A DNA stretch of 63,015 nt, counting the filler, from Octopus bimaculoides (lineage: Eukaryota): assembly GCF_001194135.2 (NCBI RefSeq). It is 4 parts of 4 records of this genome, joined end to end, with 100 filler letters (N's around TTAATTAATTAA, not from the genome) between each part and the next. Parts side by side here need not be neighbours in the genome. Positions count along the whole stretch, not along the records: positions 1 to 22,302 come from NC_068997.1; positions 22,403 to 37,295 come from NC_068986.1; 2 more parts are not named here. One strand, written 5' to 3'. Both the position numbers and the translations under genes were made by a program. The notes below the pieces were generated by a model. The model saw only the letters and a program-made list of their open reading frames with translations. It ran no database searches and was not told the origin of the DNA. Positions 14,016 to 28,220 of this stretch are shown here, in pieces (the first letter of the stretch is position 1; the number at the start of each line of letters is the position of its first letter).

Positions 14016-14065
<50 letters not shown>
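13713..14065. repeat. compound (TG),(TA),(GATA),(CATA),(GA),(GAAA),(GA) microsatellite
   Basis: Read directly from the sequence. Confidence 0.95.
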
Positions 14066-14067
<2 letters not shown>

Positions 14068-14786
14068 AGAGACGAAGACATAGGGAGAGGAGAGAGAAAA
14101 AGAATAAAAGTAAACGAATGGATAGTTCAAAACATCACTGCAAGATATTCAGTGGCGTGGTTTATTATACATATATGTATTTGAATCATGTAATATATAT
14201 GTATTTGAATCATGTAATATATCATACACACATAGGTGTGTGTGTGCGTGTGTGTTATCAATATCACATTTTTAGTGTATGTGTGTTCTTAAACGCAAAA
14301 AAAGCGGCAGTATTTCGTCTAAGGGGGGACACTTTAAATACGTATAGCGTTTGAAAAATACAAAAAATAGGCGAAATGAAAGCGCCCCGGATGTGAACCA
14401 AAACATCTATCAACAATGTATTTCACACTTGCTCATCAATGTCGTGAAGTCGCACCGCATTCGATGCAAATTCAAATTAGCCTGCAAGAACCGTATACGG
14501 ATAGTCTGAAATCTACTTGCTGATAAACAACAGAGCCACACAAGGAAAAGGAAATTCAAATTTTGTACAAGTAGTTCAATAATCTAAGCATTATCGCTAT
14601 CATATACTTAAAGCATGTGTCTTATTAAACGCTGGAAGCTGAGGTGTTTCGTTTATAAGAGGTTCCATCATAGACGTGTTTTAAAAATCACAATATACTT
14701 CAAAGATAGGCTAAAGGAAATTACTCCGCAAGTGATCGAGTAAGACACATCGATATATTGCAATTTCTGCTGTAAATATTGCTCTG

Positions 14787-15200
<414 letters not shown>

Positions 15201-15589
15201 ACCACCCCACATCCATTCCTATGTCTGTGCACAGGCAAGCCTACGCTCATATGTATTTTAATTTCAGATTTATTTACGTGTTCATTAATTTTGTAAATTT
15301 ATATGTAATTTTGTAAATTTTAGTAAATTATTTTGTAATTTCAAGACAACAATATTATATAAGTAGTCATATTTTAAGTTTTATGTGCAAAAGAACTTGG
15401 AACACTACAATAAGATAAGAATCAAAAAATAATTACAGTAATCAGGATGCAAATTATCATGTTACATTACATCAATATGTAGTTTGAAGAAATGTGAAAA
15501 TCTATTATTATATCGTGATTAAACGTGAACTAAAGTTCATCGTGATTAAGTGTGAACTAGGTTATAAATATATATGTAACATAATCTTT

Positions 15590-15795
15590 TTTCCTATACA
15601 CACAAAGCCTGAGATTGTTGGGGGAGGTGGCTGGTGGATTACATCGACCCCGGTTTTTCACAGATACTTATTTTATCGACTCCGAAAGGTTGAAAGGCAA
15701 AGTCGACCACGGCAGAATTTGAACTCAGAATGTAAAGACGGACGAAATACTGCTAAGCACTTTGTCCGGCCCGGTAACGTTCTGCCAGTTTGGTG
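15590..15795 (-). mobile_element. SINE family A
   Basis: Reverse-complement match (gaaaggcaaagtcgaccacggcagaatttgaactcagaa). Confidence 0.8.
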
Positions 15796-17330
15796 CCCTA
15801 TAAATACATATAACAATATTAACTAGTATTGTTTGGTGGATATTGTTACAAAACATAGCGAAGCCTTTTAGCTTTTATGTTCACTCATTTCAGGTACCCT
15901 TGACAAATTGTCTTGGACATTGTTTGGCACGAAATGAATTCCTGTAGAGTATACTTCAAGAAACATGAGCCATTTGGTTCTTCACAATACTAAAAGTTAT
16001 TCCACATATTTGTACATATTAGGGACTAGAATTTCTGCAGATATGACAACATTGATTTGAGACAATATTTATGACATCTACATCAAAACAACTCTCTTTT
16101 CATGTGTCACCCCTGTTTTACAGAACTTGTCGATTACAGAGCTCCATATCAAAGTCTGAAGATATATGATCATGAGAAAGACACAGCAGTGTTTTTCTGT
16201 TGCCTTCTACCGGTTAATTTCACTTTATACTGCTAGTCTCCTTCCCTCCTGAGATTACAGTTGAGCTACAGTGCTAATTTAACCATTGGACAATGGAACT
16301 AGCTCATATAATATCAGGCCGTGTCCATACCAATCGTATGACAAATATATATAGCCTAACCAGAAACCAATTCCTGCAAACCTTAACAACGGGAATATCT
16401 ATTTCGGACATACTTGAAGTCTGTCACAAATTCTACTACCTTAGGCGTTAACAGACATAGCGATATTGACGATTAAGAGGTAACTCTATGCTCACCAAAT
16501 CTTCTGAGCTAGAGCTTCACCACAGATGCAATTTGTATTGCTCAAACAATGTTGTAGAGAATCTTATTTGTTACCTTCCTCATTATATGAGTGAGTGCCT
16601 GTACGCATATATTTAAGATGTATGCATGCGTTTGTGTGTGTATATATTGATGCGCATTTGTTGTGTCTATAGTTATGTCCGGGTCTGCATATAATATTGG
16701 ACTTCATCTATGAAGAGGACGCTCTATGATCATCCTCCATTTCTAAGACCATTAAAAACAAATCAGTCTTATATATAAGGTTGTGCACTTTTACATGTTC
16801 TTGCACAATGAAAGAAATTTCCAAACACATTGCAAGTAACTCTTTTCGAATATATGTCTACATGTAAGCGCGCACGTGCGTGTTTGTTTGAATGTGAAAA
16901 TTGTCTCTGTGTGTCTATGGCTGTTTAAGCCGTTAAGCGAAACTTGAAGTCCCATTCAGCTTGATCTTTTCAATGCATTTTGCTCATATCTTGGCCAATG
17001 AAATCATGGATATAACGAATAGATGATTATTCAAGCATAACTGGGTCTACATTTGTCAGAAGCCTATCAATCAGAACCGACCTGGGGATATAGCGTTTTG
17101 CATCTTTTTTTTTTGTTTTGTTTTGTTTTCTTCTGTGTGTCACGGTAGGATCGTCTCTTCCAACCTCTTATACACAGGTTTTACGGGTAACTGAAAAAAA
17201 ATGAATACATACACACATGTACATATACACACACAAACATACACGCACGCACACGCATACATACATACATAAAATTTATATGTAAGTATGTATGTATGAA
17301 ATTTATATGCATATATATATGTGTGTTTGC

Positions 17331-17370
<40 letters not shown>

Positions 17371-17709
17371 NNNNNNNNNNNNNNNNNNNNNNNNNNNNNN
17401 NNNNNNNNNNNNNNNNNNNNNNNNNNNNNNNNNNNNNNNNNNNNNNNNNNNNNNNNNNNNNNNNNNNNNNNNNNNNNNNNNNNNNNNNNNNNNNNNNNNN
17501 NNNNNNNNNNNNNNNNNNNNNNNNNNNNNNNNNNNNNNNNNNNNNNNNNNNNNNNNNNNNNNNNNNNNNNNNNNNNNNNNNNNNNNNNNNNNNNNNNNNN
17601 NNNNNNNNNNNNNNNNNNNNNNNNNNNNNNNNNNNNNNNNNNNNNNNNNNNNNNNNNNNNNNNNNNNNNNNNNNNNNNNNNNNNNNNNNNNNNNNNNNNN
17701 NNNNNNNNN

Positions 17710-17741
<32 letters not shown>

Positions 17742-18146
17742 CGAGGGATATACACGCACAAAGATATACTCACAGAGACATATATACATACGTGTATATG
17801 AGAGCATGTGTGTATGTATGTGTGTGTGTGTCGTGTGGGCCTGTGTGTATGCATATGTTAATATAATTCATTATTTTCAAATCAAAATATATGTTCATCA
17901 CAGTGATCCAGCTATAAATCACATTACATTGGACTTAATAAATAATTTATCATTATTATATTTAATTTCCTTTTCATGCTTCATTATCTGTCTACATAAC
18001 AAAGTGAAGTATAATATAGTGTGAGCATTGTACTTGTTCGGTGGCGACATCTGGTTGTTCTGGGTGTACGTTATTTGTGGTAAAATTCGTTTCATGTCTG
18101 ACATATGACATATGTAACCACAGGTAACTTCAAAGAGGAAATGAAT

Positions 18147-18183
<37 letters not shown>

Positions 18184-18774
18184 ACATATACACGCATATA
18201 TATATATATATGTACATAGATATATATGTATACATATACATGTACATATAAATATGTATATGTATATACATATATATATATATATATATANNNNNNNNNN
18301 NNNNNNNNNNNNNNNNNNNNNNNNNNNNNNNNNNNNNNNNNNNNNNNNNNNNNNNNNNNNNNNNNNNNNNNNNNNNNNNNNNNNNNNNNNNNNNNNNNNN
18401 NNNNNNNNNNNNNNNNNNNNNNNNNNNNNNNNNNNNNNNNNNNNNNNNNNNNNNNNNNNNNNNNNNNNNNNNNNNNNNNNNNNNNNNNNNNNNNNNNNNN
18501 NNNNNNNNNNNNNNNNNNNNNNNNNNNNNNNNNNNNNNNNNNNNNNNNNNNNNNNNNNNNNNNNNNNNNNNNNNNNNNNNNNNNNNNNNNNNNNNNNNNN
18601 NNNNNNNNNNNNNNNNNNNNNNNNNNNNNNNNNNNNNNNNNNNNNNNNNNNNNNNNNNNNNNNNNNNNNNNNNNNNNNNNNNNNNNNNNNNNNNNNNNNN
18701 NNNNNNNNNNNNNNNNNNNNNNNNNNNNNNNNNNNNNNNNNNNNNNNNNNNNNNNNNNNNNNNNNNNNNNNNNN

Positions 18775-18814
<40 letters not shown>

Positions 18815-18820
18815 GTGCGT

Positions 18821-18916
18821 AGAAGACACTTGCCCAAGTTGCCACGCAGTGGGACTGAACCTGGAACCATGTGGTTGGTAAGCAAGCTACTTCCCACACA
18901 ACCACTCCTGCGCCTA
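18821..18916 (-). mobile_element. SINE family B head
   Basis: agaagacacttgcccaag...gaaccatgtggttggtaagcaagc...ctcctgcgcc. Confidence 0.8.
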
Positions 18917-21900
18917 TGGAAAATAAAGTGAACGTTAAAGGTGTCGCAAGTATGACCACCATCCAGTCTGTTTAGATTTTAACAATACACTGTCTAATAT
19001 ATCTTTCCCTTATTTACGACGGTAATACGTGTGATTTTAAGTTGATTAGATACTATTTTTAGCAGGTTGAATGACCATAGAATTGTCATCGCAAAGATAT
19101 TAATGCCAAAACCTAACACACCTGCTTCCATGAACAACAGCAAAAGCCAAACTTTAAGGACATTAACTTGCTATTTTTAGCAAGTCGAAGGACCATATAA
19201 TGGCTACATTGTTAGCTCGTCTTCGTAATGATGGTAATGTCACCATTAAGCGTACTTACTGATCTGAATAACAGCAAAAGCCAAAGTCATGATCTCCATA
19301 GTAATTATTTCTCTTTAAGTGCTATAACGCGTTTTGTAAAGTATTTTAAAGAAACAAGCTATCTTCATAAAACCCAATCAACTGGGTGACCTTCGTTTGA
19401 TGATGATTGGATTTTTAATGTCGAAGAACCTTGAGAAATGGTACAAAGTGGACATTGATTGGTTGGGACATTTTAAGTATCTCTTCAATTTCATTGCGGC
19501 CAACCGGGAAGCCTCTATACTGTCAAGAAACGATTGCAAAAATAGCAGCCAAATATCTCTCAAGACACACACGCGCTTCTAGTAATGAATACAAATACCT
19601 ATTTCTTATGTAGTCGTAGAAACACTAATTTTTATCTACTTTACCTGGTTTAGTCACTGGAGAGCGGTCATTCTGGAGCAAAACTCTGTCGGATTTACAT
19701 GAACAAGTGAATTACAGCACATCATTTTTTAAAGTCTATTAGTACTTATGTCGGTGTTTTTTGTCGAACTGCTACATTACGGTTGCATAAACAAACCAAC
19801 ACCAGCCGTGAAGCGGTTCGGGGACAAACACAAATATATAGACTTATATACTTACACGGGTGCACACACCCACACCCATACACACATACAAATACATACA
19901 CACACGCGCACACATTCACACACAGACAGACACACACACACATACACAAGCATACTTAGTGACTGCAGTTTTATCAATACGTCTTTCTGATGCATTGACA
20001 AAATAAAGCCAATAAGCTGCCTAACGATGTGTAGGATCTGAAGACCAATTGTACACCACATTCATTCAAGTGGAGAATCGTGGGGAAAATCTACGCCGTA
20101 TGTAAATTAATCAAAGATATCCAAATTATGTATTGATGAAAGCTCACACATTCTTTTTAAATGCAAGAATTCTACAACACAATTTAATTTCAGAACCGAA
20201 ATTTTTAGCAAATGTAAGGATAAGGACAAATTTCTTTTGTTAAACAGGGGAACATACACTCTCCGGTCTCAGTAGCTATCTCAAAGACGTTAGCCTCATC
20301 TCCATTATATCATCTACAAAAATTATGATTTCTACAGAGGCTGAAAATCTTGGTTTTTTTCCTTTTCATTTCTTATTGTACACTTTTATAAACCAGCGTT
20401 CTGGTTTTCAAATAGTTCTAACAGTATTCACTGAGTCTGAAGAAATGGTTGACGACACGTGGTATTTTATGTAAGTATGTCAAATTATTGTATCTCTAGG
20501 CCATCTTTTTTAAAATTCTCTATACATTAAATTAGATTTATCTCACGGGCTGGGATACATTGTTGATTTTCAGCTGTAGCGGAAAAGTTATATATATATA
20601 TAGGGTGAAAATATGTGGAAAAAAAATATAAAAAGTGGAAGAGAAATGCTTTCGTTTCATATAGTTTCATATCTTTTTATAAATATATACATGTTAAATG
20701 GATGTCGTGAAATCCAACCGGTTTCTGCTATTTAAATTAGCTTTTCAAGGGACATGTACAGTAATCAATTCTCGTGACAGGGGATCTCGTCATTTTGGAT
20801 GTTTGAAGAATAAGAAGAATGAGTCTAAAGATTGAACCAAGGGAAGCAACAGGTGGCAAGGGGGTAAACTGGCTCCTTAATATAATTTTTTAAATGGTCA
20901 AATTTGTATATTGAGGTGTGGTCTTATACAGAGACACAGACACACACATATAAACACATATATAGATGTATATTTAATATCTAAAATAGAATGTTAAATG
21001 TTAAGTTCCATCCTAATATTCAGTAGTTTATTCATTCAGTGTTCGCTCGTTTCTCGAAATTACCGTTTGTGCAAGTGAAACTACTTTAATTTTTATTGAA
21101 AATATGACTTACGGCTATTACTTCACATGCGCCTATTTCTTTCTTTTCGGCTCTACTAACTTCGTCTATGTTTGTATTTGATGTGAAACACAGTCCATAA
21201 ATGTTAGCGGAGAGATTACTCAAAATCTGTAACGCCAGTATCACTTTCGTAGGAAATTTAATGGTACTTTGCAGGATGAAACCGCGATAGAAAATTATCT
21301 GTCCGGAATCTTATATACAGTTGTTAAAATTTTCCATTGGTGCTTTACCCCCAGGTTTACCATAATCAAGTTGTGGCCATCCTGTATCTTTGTTGTTTAT
21401 AAGACTTCATTATGTAATATTTCATTTGAAGACGAGAATGGGTGATTTGAGGGATTTAGTCACTATTTCTAGTTAGTAGAGTGGCAACAAAGAAGCACCC
21501 TCGTTGGCGCAGTCTCGTTTCTTATTAGCGAAATATTGACCACGAGGCTCTAAATCAGTTCGATAGGACTGTTATGACATCAGAAAAAAAAGTAGCAGAC
21601 ATCTTGGTTCTCATTGTGCTGATGGAGAGAAACAACAGAGAGAGTAAATATGTTGATAAGATCATCTGGTAGCCTGTATGACGCCTCATCGACTAATTTT
21701 ACACTTGTAATAGTCTAAAGCTACTTTAGACAACATTACTGTTATTAGATTACGCGGGCCTTTTTCAATCGCTCCAAAACTTACAAAAGATTGCATTGAT
21801 CCGTAGAAACATATTAGTTCGTTTTACTCCTCGCTACTTAATGCTGTTTTCGGCCATGATGGACGATATGATAATGTCGTAAACAGAAGGAGAAGAAAGA

Positions 21901-22302
21901 AAAGAAAAGAAAAGAAAAGAAACAGAAATAACCGAACAAAATGGTGTAACATGTATGTGTGTGTGTATGTGTGTGTAAAAGATACTAAGGAAAGAAAAAG
22001 GAAAGCAAAAATTAAAACAAAACAAAGAATATTTAAATAGTACGACCTGGATGTTTCAATAGAAGATGGAGGCAAAAGATACTCTTTCTTTGATTAACAT
22101 GACTTGATGAAGATGATTTCCCTTTCCGTAGAGGATTCTATGTAAATAAAGATAACATGATAGATATATTTCTGTGGTCTCAATCAAGCCGCCATAAACA
22201 CTGGAATGATGAAACCAAGTTCATTGTTTAGCTCAAGTAACTTTTATTTATTTATTTACTTATTTATTTATTTATTTATTTGTTTATATCTTCATCTATT
22301 TA

Positions 22303-22402
22303 NNNNNNNNNNNNNNNNNNNNNNNNNNNNNNNNNNNNNNNNNNNNTTAATTAATTAANNNNNNNNNNNNNNNNNNNNNNNNNNNNNNNNNNNNNNNNNN
22401 NN
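22303..22402. other. artificial 100-bp scaffold-join spacer (44N-TTAATTAATTAA-44N)
   Basis: Exact 44/12/44 layout, seen three times in the window. Confidence 0.93.
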
Positions 22403-22439
<37 letters not shown>

Positions 22440-22940
22440 CACATGTGTGCTTGTTTATGTTTATCTCTACCACCGATTGACAACTGGTTTGTTTGCGTTC
22501 CCGTAAATTCCCGTAAATTAGCGGAACGTTAGAATGAATATCAGGATTTAAAAAATGTAAGTGATGGGGTTGATTCAAAGTGGTGCCCCATCAACAAATA
22601 AAAGATAAAAACTTGAATAGATAAACACATATCGATACACTCGTGCTTACACACACACACACACACACACACACGTACACATATATATATCGTCAGTGGA
22701 TCATATATCCGAAAAAGAAGCACACTCTAAAAGTTAGATCAGTAAAGTATTTACATGCGAAACCATTGGTCACTCTATGACCGGACAAATATTCAACTTG
22801 ATGTAAATTTTTTGAGAGAGAGCCAAAACTCACTCACAAAACGCTCTGGAATTGTTAAAGATATGCTCCAACTTTTCTAAAGTTAAATAAAATAAAATAA
22901 AAATAATGATGAATATACACGTACTTCAGATGATAAACAA

Positions 22941-22970
22941 AATTAATAATAATAATAATAATAATAATAA

Positions 22971-23001
<31 letters not shown>

Positions 23002-23022
23002 GATGATGATGATGATAATGAT
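22941..23022. repeat. (TAA)n(TGA)n microsatellite abutting the Tx1 3' end
   Basis: Read directly from the sequence. Confidence 0.95.
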
Positions 23023-23895
23023 TTCGAATATTTGCCAGAAGGGTGAAAGATGAGGGGGACAATATAGAGACAGGCATAAAGTGAGGGAGTTACATATAAT
23101 AATGAAATGATAAAAAGAATTTTAAAAAATTAAAAAGTGAGAAAAGTAAGTATTCACGGTATATACTGAAAAATTAGGGACGTATGCATAGCATACAAAG
23201 GTTTTTAAAAAATGGCGGGGAGGATGCTAGAGATGTGGTCCTCCTGATACAGGAAGGCCTCTAGCGGTAATCGAGGAACTCCACAGNNNNNNNNNNATAA
23301 TAATGAAATGATAAAAAGAATTTTAAAAAATTAAAAAGTGAGAAAAGTAAGTATTCACGGTATATACTGAAAAATTAGGGACGTATGCATAGCATACAAA
23401 GGTTTTTAAAAAATGGCGGGGAGGATGCTAGAGATGTGGTCCTCCTGATACAGGAAGGCCTCTAGCGGTAATCGAGGAACTCCACAGTTCAAGATTTCCA
23501 TGACACCCTAGGAGCAAGTGCCCTCTTCAATTCCTTCTCTCCGACTCACAGGTCTACACTTAGGTACCATCCACTCTTGCCATTTTCGTAACTTTCACCC
23601 ACCTTTCAATAAACTCATTCGAGGACAGCACTTCCCTCTCCACTCTCAATTTCCTTTTCAAGTGAAACTTGAAGTCAATGAGAGCTCTACCAAAGAGGAA
23701 TGTATCTGTCCTCATGCTTTTCAGCCTTGTCCACTAAACAACTTCTTTTGCCACAGCCACCAATCAAAGGAAAACTGCCTTGTCTGCCCGATTGAAGGAG
23801 GGTGGCGGTGCGATCATCACTACAGACTTGGCCGACAGACGGATCCGTCCTACACGTGACAGCAGCTGTTCAACATAACCCCATAAGTCAGCAGT
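23020..23895 (-). mobile_element. Tx1/L1-clade LINE, 5'-truncated 3' end (ORF2 C-terminus plus 3'UTR)
   Basis: Minus-strand translation ADLWGYVEQLLSRVGRIRLSAKSV...AKEVV*WTRLK...FHLKRKLRVEREVLSSNEFIERW, followed by a pyrimidine-rich UTR ending at an (ATC)/(ATT) microsatellite. Confidence 0.7.
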
Positions 23896-25679
23896 GCATG
23901 CATTTATTTCAAAGGTGAATAAGTCAACCGTATTCAGACATAACAAGGTCTAAATGACGAGTGAGCTCTCTATTGCTACTAAACTGTGTTGTCAAAAATT
24001 ACCAAACAATCGTGGTATAATGTGGTAGTTTACCGTCTGAAGAAAATGTCGCTTCTAAGCTTCACAGTTACCCTAGTTCCAGTTGCGTATGATCTTTTAG
24101 TATCGTCAGATAATTTTAACATGTCGAAAATCTAAGCAATTGAAAATTTTACTCAGCGTTTAGAGCTTCTAATTGTTATTGTTGTTAATGATGATGCTGA
24201 TGATGTTGTTGCTGTTGTTGTTGATGGTGGTGTCCTTGCTTAGCCCTCGGTCAGCCCGAGTAAACCTATAATCAAAGGCATTTCAGACATGACTCTCCTG
24301 AGTAGTCTATGTGCTTGAGAACCCATATCAACGTTATCCCACGCGTTCTTTTCTAAGACTGTAGTGTGCGTGTAGAAGGAATTTGGCTGCTTTTTTCTTG
24401 CAAATTGAGTAAATGTGTAGAGGCTCCTGCGCTGGCTCGTACAGCTTGTAACTAAGACTGATGGACATACTTATCAAGTGGGTTAAGATGTCTGAAAACT
24501 AAAACAAAAAAAGAAATCGAATAATAGCATACATGTATTTATAAAATAAGGTAAAAGAGATGTATTAGAAAAAATATAGTGTGTCATTTAAAAATTATAA
24601 ACTGTGTAGTTTATGCCTTCTCCCCTCACCCACTTCTGTGAAGGTTATGCTTTGCTGATGAGGTCAAAATATGACAAAAATAAATATCCGAAGTTGTCTC
24701 CTGTAGTTACCAAAATAATTAAGATAACATTAGTCATTAATTAATGTTTTTTCCTATTTGCGTAATGATTTCCAGTCAATTTTTTTTTTTTAGATAAGCT
24801 GATACTAACTCAGCTATAGATTTTCAGGCCTGATGGCACCTCTGGATTATTTATTTTCATTAAGTAAATAAAAAGTAAAAAGTAAAATAAATAATTAATT
24901 AATTTGGTTTTATAACGATCAAACATATTGATTTAAACTGATTTAAGAGCACTGCTGTGTGTAGTATTTTGTAATCATTTTGAAACACTTATTATCACTA
25001 TAGTGAATATGTATTTTGGGTTTAATCGACTATATCATAATTTTTTATGAAGTCAATCTCAATACGCTACTTTCTTTGTATTCAGCGAACATCGTAAATT
25101 ACTAATTACTTAAAATAATAATTACTGAAGAGTTAGATTTCTGACATATCCAAACGACGGACCAAATGGTTGACTATAGTATTTGGGTTCTTCGCGGCAC
25201 TCTGTTCTCGGTGCCATCGGGGTTAAACTATTATTGGTACTTATTTACCAGCGCTGTTGATAAATAAGTAACTGCCAATAATAGAAATTTAGTTGATTGA
25301 TTCACTCAGCCGCTCAGTATAGAAACTTAGCTTTCTGCCTCATCAAAGTACTTTACACTTTAGGTCCTTCAGATAAGCATGTCCACAACCTGAATAGAAA
25401 AACTATGTATTCGCTTTCCTTTACTTGTTTCTGTATCCTGCTCTTCACGTTTAAGGAGTCAATATATTTTCGATCAAGAACACCACCCAATGATACAGTT
25501 GCAGCACTTAAGAAACCTCGTTCGTGGAATACATGCAATTGACTAACGTCATCACTCCAAGCCCTAGTCAAGTTTACTCTCAGCAATTATAGAATACAAG
25601 GCAAAGTTTTGTTTCTCTCTCCCTCTTTGTCTCTGTCTCGCTCTCTGTCTCTGTCTGTCTGTCTGTCTCTCTGTCTCTG

Positions 25680-25710
<31 letters not shown>

Positions 25711-26867
25711 TTCACACACACACATGTGTGGGCGGGGTGAAGGCGTGTGGCCAAGTGGTTAGGATTTTTATATAACTTTTTTCATGACAATCGTCTGAAA
25801 CGAAAGTGCCTACATGCACTATATAACCTACTTTAATTGTATGATTTGATTTTTGAAATTGCTTGGGCTTCAAGTTCTCGAAAGTCATTCCTGATGTATA
25901 AACTTACTCGCGTATGATATTCTCATATTTTCCCTCTTACAATTGTGTCCTTTTCTTCAAAATTAACAATTCTTATTTGAAAACTGAGAATGTTATAGTT
26001 TAAGTCTGTTACTTCCAGACTGCCTGTTACGAAATTGTCAAAGGTCAGGATTTAAAAAAAATTGTCGATTAAAATTAAACATTGCTTACCTATTTTAACC
26101 AAGCATCTTTACTGTCATATGTGATACTGAATATGTTCTATCAAAAGGCTACACTATCTTTAGTTTAAAAAAAGAAATTTATATTTAAAGTATGATGTCT
26201 CCTTTATGGTCAGTGTTGTATTTCATTCTTTCAAGACTGATAAAATAAAGTAGCAACCAAGTTCAATCACGTCACAGTTGCATAACAGGAATGCAAACCA
26301 GCTTCTAACTTTCTTCAGATGATGATACAGCTAAGGATGGTGAGTGAATCATCGTAGTTTTACACTAGCCGGAAATAACGATGCAATCAACATCTTACAC
26401 ATATTTATATGATCACATATGCACACATACGCTCGCGCGTGTGTGCGGGCATCCATGCACCCATAAAGAAAGCACTAACAAACGAGTCTAAGTTGACTGA
26501 GAGTTCTCTTTTTGCACGATAGTTGCATATTTACTTAACCTATCGACACTCGAGTATTAATTCATGTACATGCAGACAGGGTTAACCCCAGTTATTTCCT
26601 CTTGAAGCACATCTGCTTATTCCATTGTTACAATCAATATGTAACCATAGCTAATGTTGTATGACAATCAATATACATATTAAATTTAAGAATTTTTGAA
26701 ATATCATTTACAGGGTTGTTGTAAAACAAAACAGGAAATGGAAATTTCTTGGTATTATTTATTCTCCATTACATGTGTTTCATTTGCTAATAAAAATTAC
26801 AACGATTTACATGTATATATATATAACATATAAATCTTTGTAATTCCTATTAGCAAATAAAACGCCG

Positions 26868-26927
<60 letters not shown>

Positions 26928-27088
26928 TACTTACGCGCGTACATACATATCTGCGTAGAACGAACTTACAAATGTATGTATATATGTATGTATGTATGTA
27001 TGTTTGTATGTATGTATGTACGTACGTATGTATGTATGTTTGTATGGACGGATACAAGTTTATCTATGTTGTGTGTGTGTGTGTGTGT

Positions 27089-27167
<79 letters not shown>
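26868..27167. repeat. compound (GATA)n,(TATG)n,(TG)n microsatellite
   Basis: Read directly from the sequence. Confidence 0.95.
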
Positions 27168-27169
<2 letters not shown>

Positions 27170-27415
27170 TAAAAACCACACAGCTGTCACATGCAATTGC
27201 GCTAATTGTTTTAAGTGCCAAAAAGACTCTCCTATCTTTGACCGGCTGGAACATCAGGGACATAACAGCTGTAGGGAGAGAGGGTTGCATTAGCCCTGGC
27301 ACGATACTCATTGAACAACTGGGTGAAATGTTATATCCTGCTCGAGGACATAATACGCTTCCCGGTTCCGTTACACTCAAACACAGCTGTGTCCATATAT
27401 ACACAGATATACCGC

Positions 27416-27453
<38 letters not shown>

Positions 27454-27471
27454 CATACATACATACATACA

Positions 27472-28220
27472 TAGTGCGGTGAATATATTGTCTAAATTAC
27501 GTAAAAATGATATCTTCAAATGCTAGAGTAAATTTATTCAATAAAATCGCCATTGGCTTCAACTACGGCCTCCTGATGACCTCATAATCTCCTGCAACTC
27601 TTCCGGACAGTCTCCTTATTTAAGTTGGTGAACGCTGCCATAATCCTTGCCTTCAGTTCATCTTTGTTGTTACAAGGAGTTTTGTTGTCTCTCGCTCACT
27701 TACACTCCACACATAATAATCAGGGGATTGCTGTCTAGGGAGTCAGGTGGTTAGATATTAGGGGTGATGTGAACGCAGAAATTGTCTGATAGCCATGACT
27801 GGTTTCTCCTTAACCCAGAGGATCACTACCTCTCCAGGTACTTGATGTAGGTCTCCGTGTTGGGTCTGAGGCCGTGTGGGAAGATGAATGGAGGCATAAA
27901 GTCACCATCTCTAGTAATCACTCCAAACACCATGATGTTGACTGGATGTTTGACTTTTATCACTCTCGGCATGTTTTGGAGACACGGCAAGCCAACAGTT
28001 GTTCTGTGTGTTCACCATCTGTTCGTATTGGAGTTCCCCGCGCGAATGCCAAGCAGTACAGCATGTTGTTTCCAAATCTCTGGCAGAGTCAATTGCATCA
28101 TGGTGCTGTTTTTCTCACAGACGGTGCTCAAATAATCCTTCTATACTGTGTAGCCGACAAAATCAAAACCAATGTGCATGCGCGAAATTAAGAATACAAA
28201 ACGGCGACAATTTACACATC
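27472..28220 (-). mobile_element. Tc1/mariner-superfamily (maT/DD37D-like) transposon relic, internally deleted
   Basis: Minus-strand frames give NTQNNCWLA, VKHPVNIMVFGVITRDGDFMPPFIFPHGL, ITPNI*PPDSLDSNP, and KDELKARIMAAFTNLNKETVRKSCRR..EAVVEANGDFIE. The right end runs into an N gap. Confidence 0.75.

Noticed and set aside
21130-21400. Stop-poor frames on both strands with a possible acceptor tttgcag at about 21273
   Set aside because: No recognisable protein similarity, a weak donor, and no neighbouring exons to join.
22347-22358. TTAATTAATTAA as a PacI or homeodomain palindrome
   Set aside because: It occurs only between 44-N blocks, so it is a synthetic spacer.
23096-23487. Exact 191-bp direct repeat (23096-23286 and 23297-23487)
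   Set aside because: The copies are identical and flank a 10-N gap, typical of an unmerged contig overlap.
24650-24700. CTGATGA-GGTC-aaaatat-GAC as another hammerhead
   Set aside because: No GAAA after stem II and no convincing stems I or III.
25297-25586. Overlapping 81-aa and 77-aa ORFs on opposite strands
   Set aside because: Short, with no motifs or splice support; compatible with chance.
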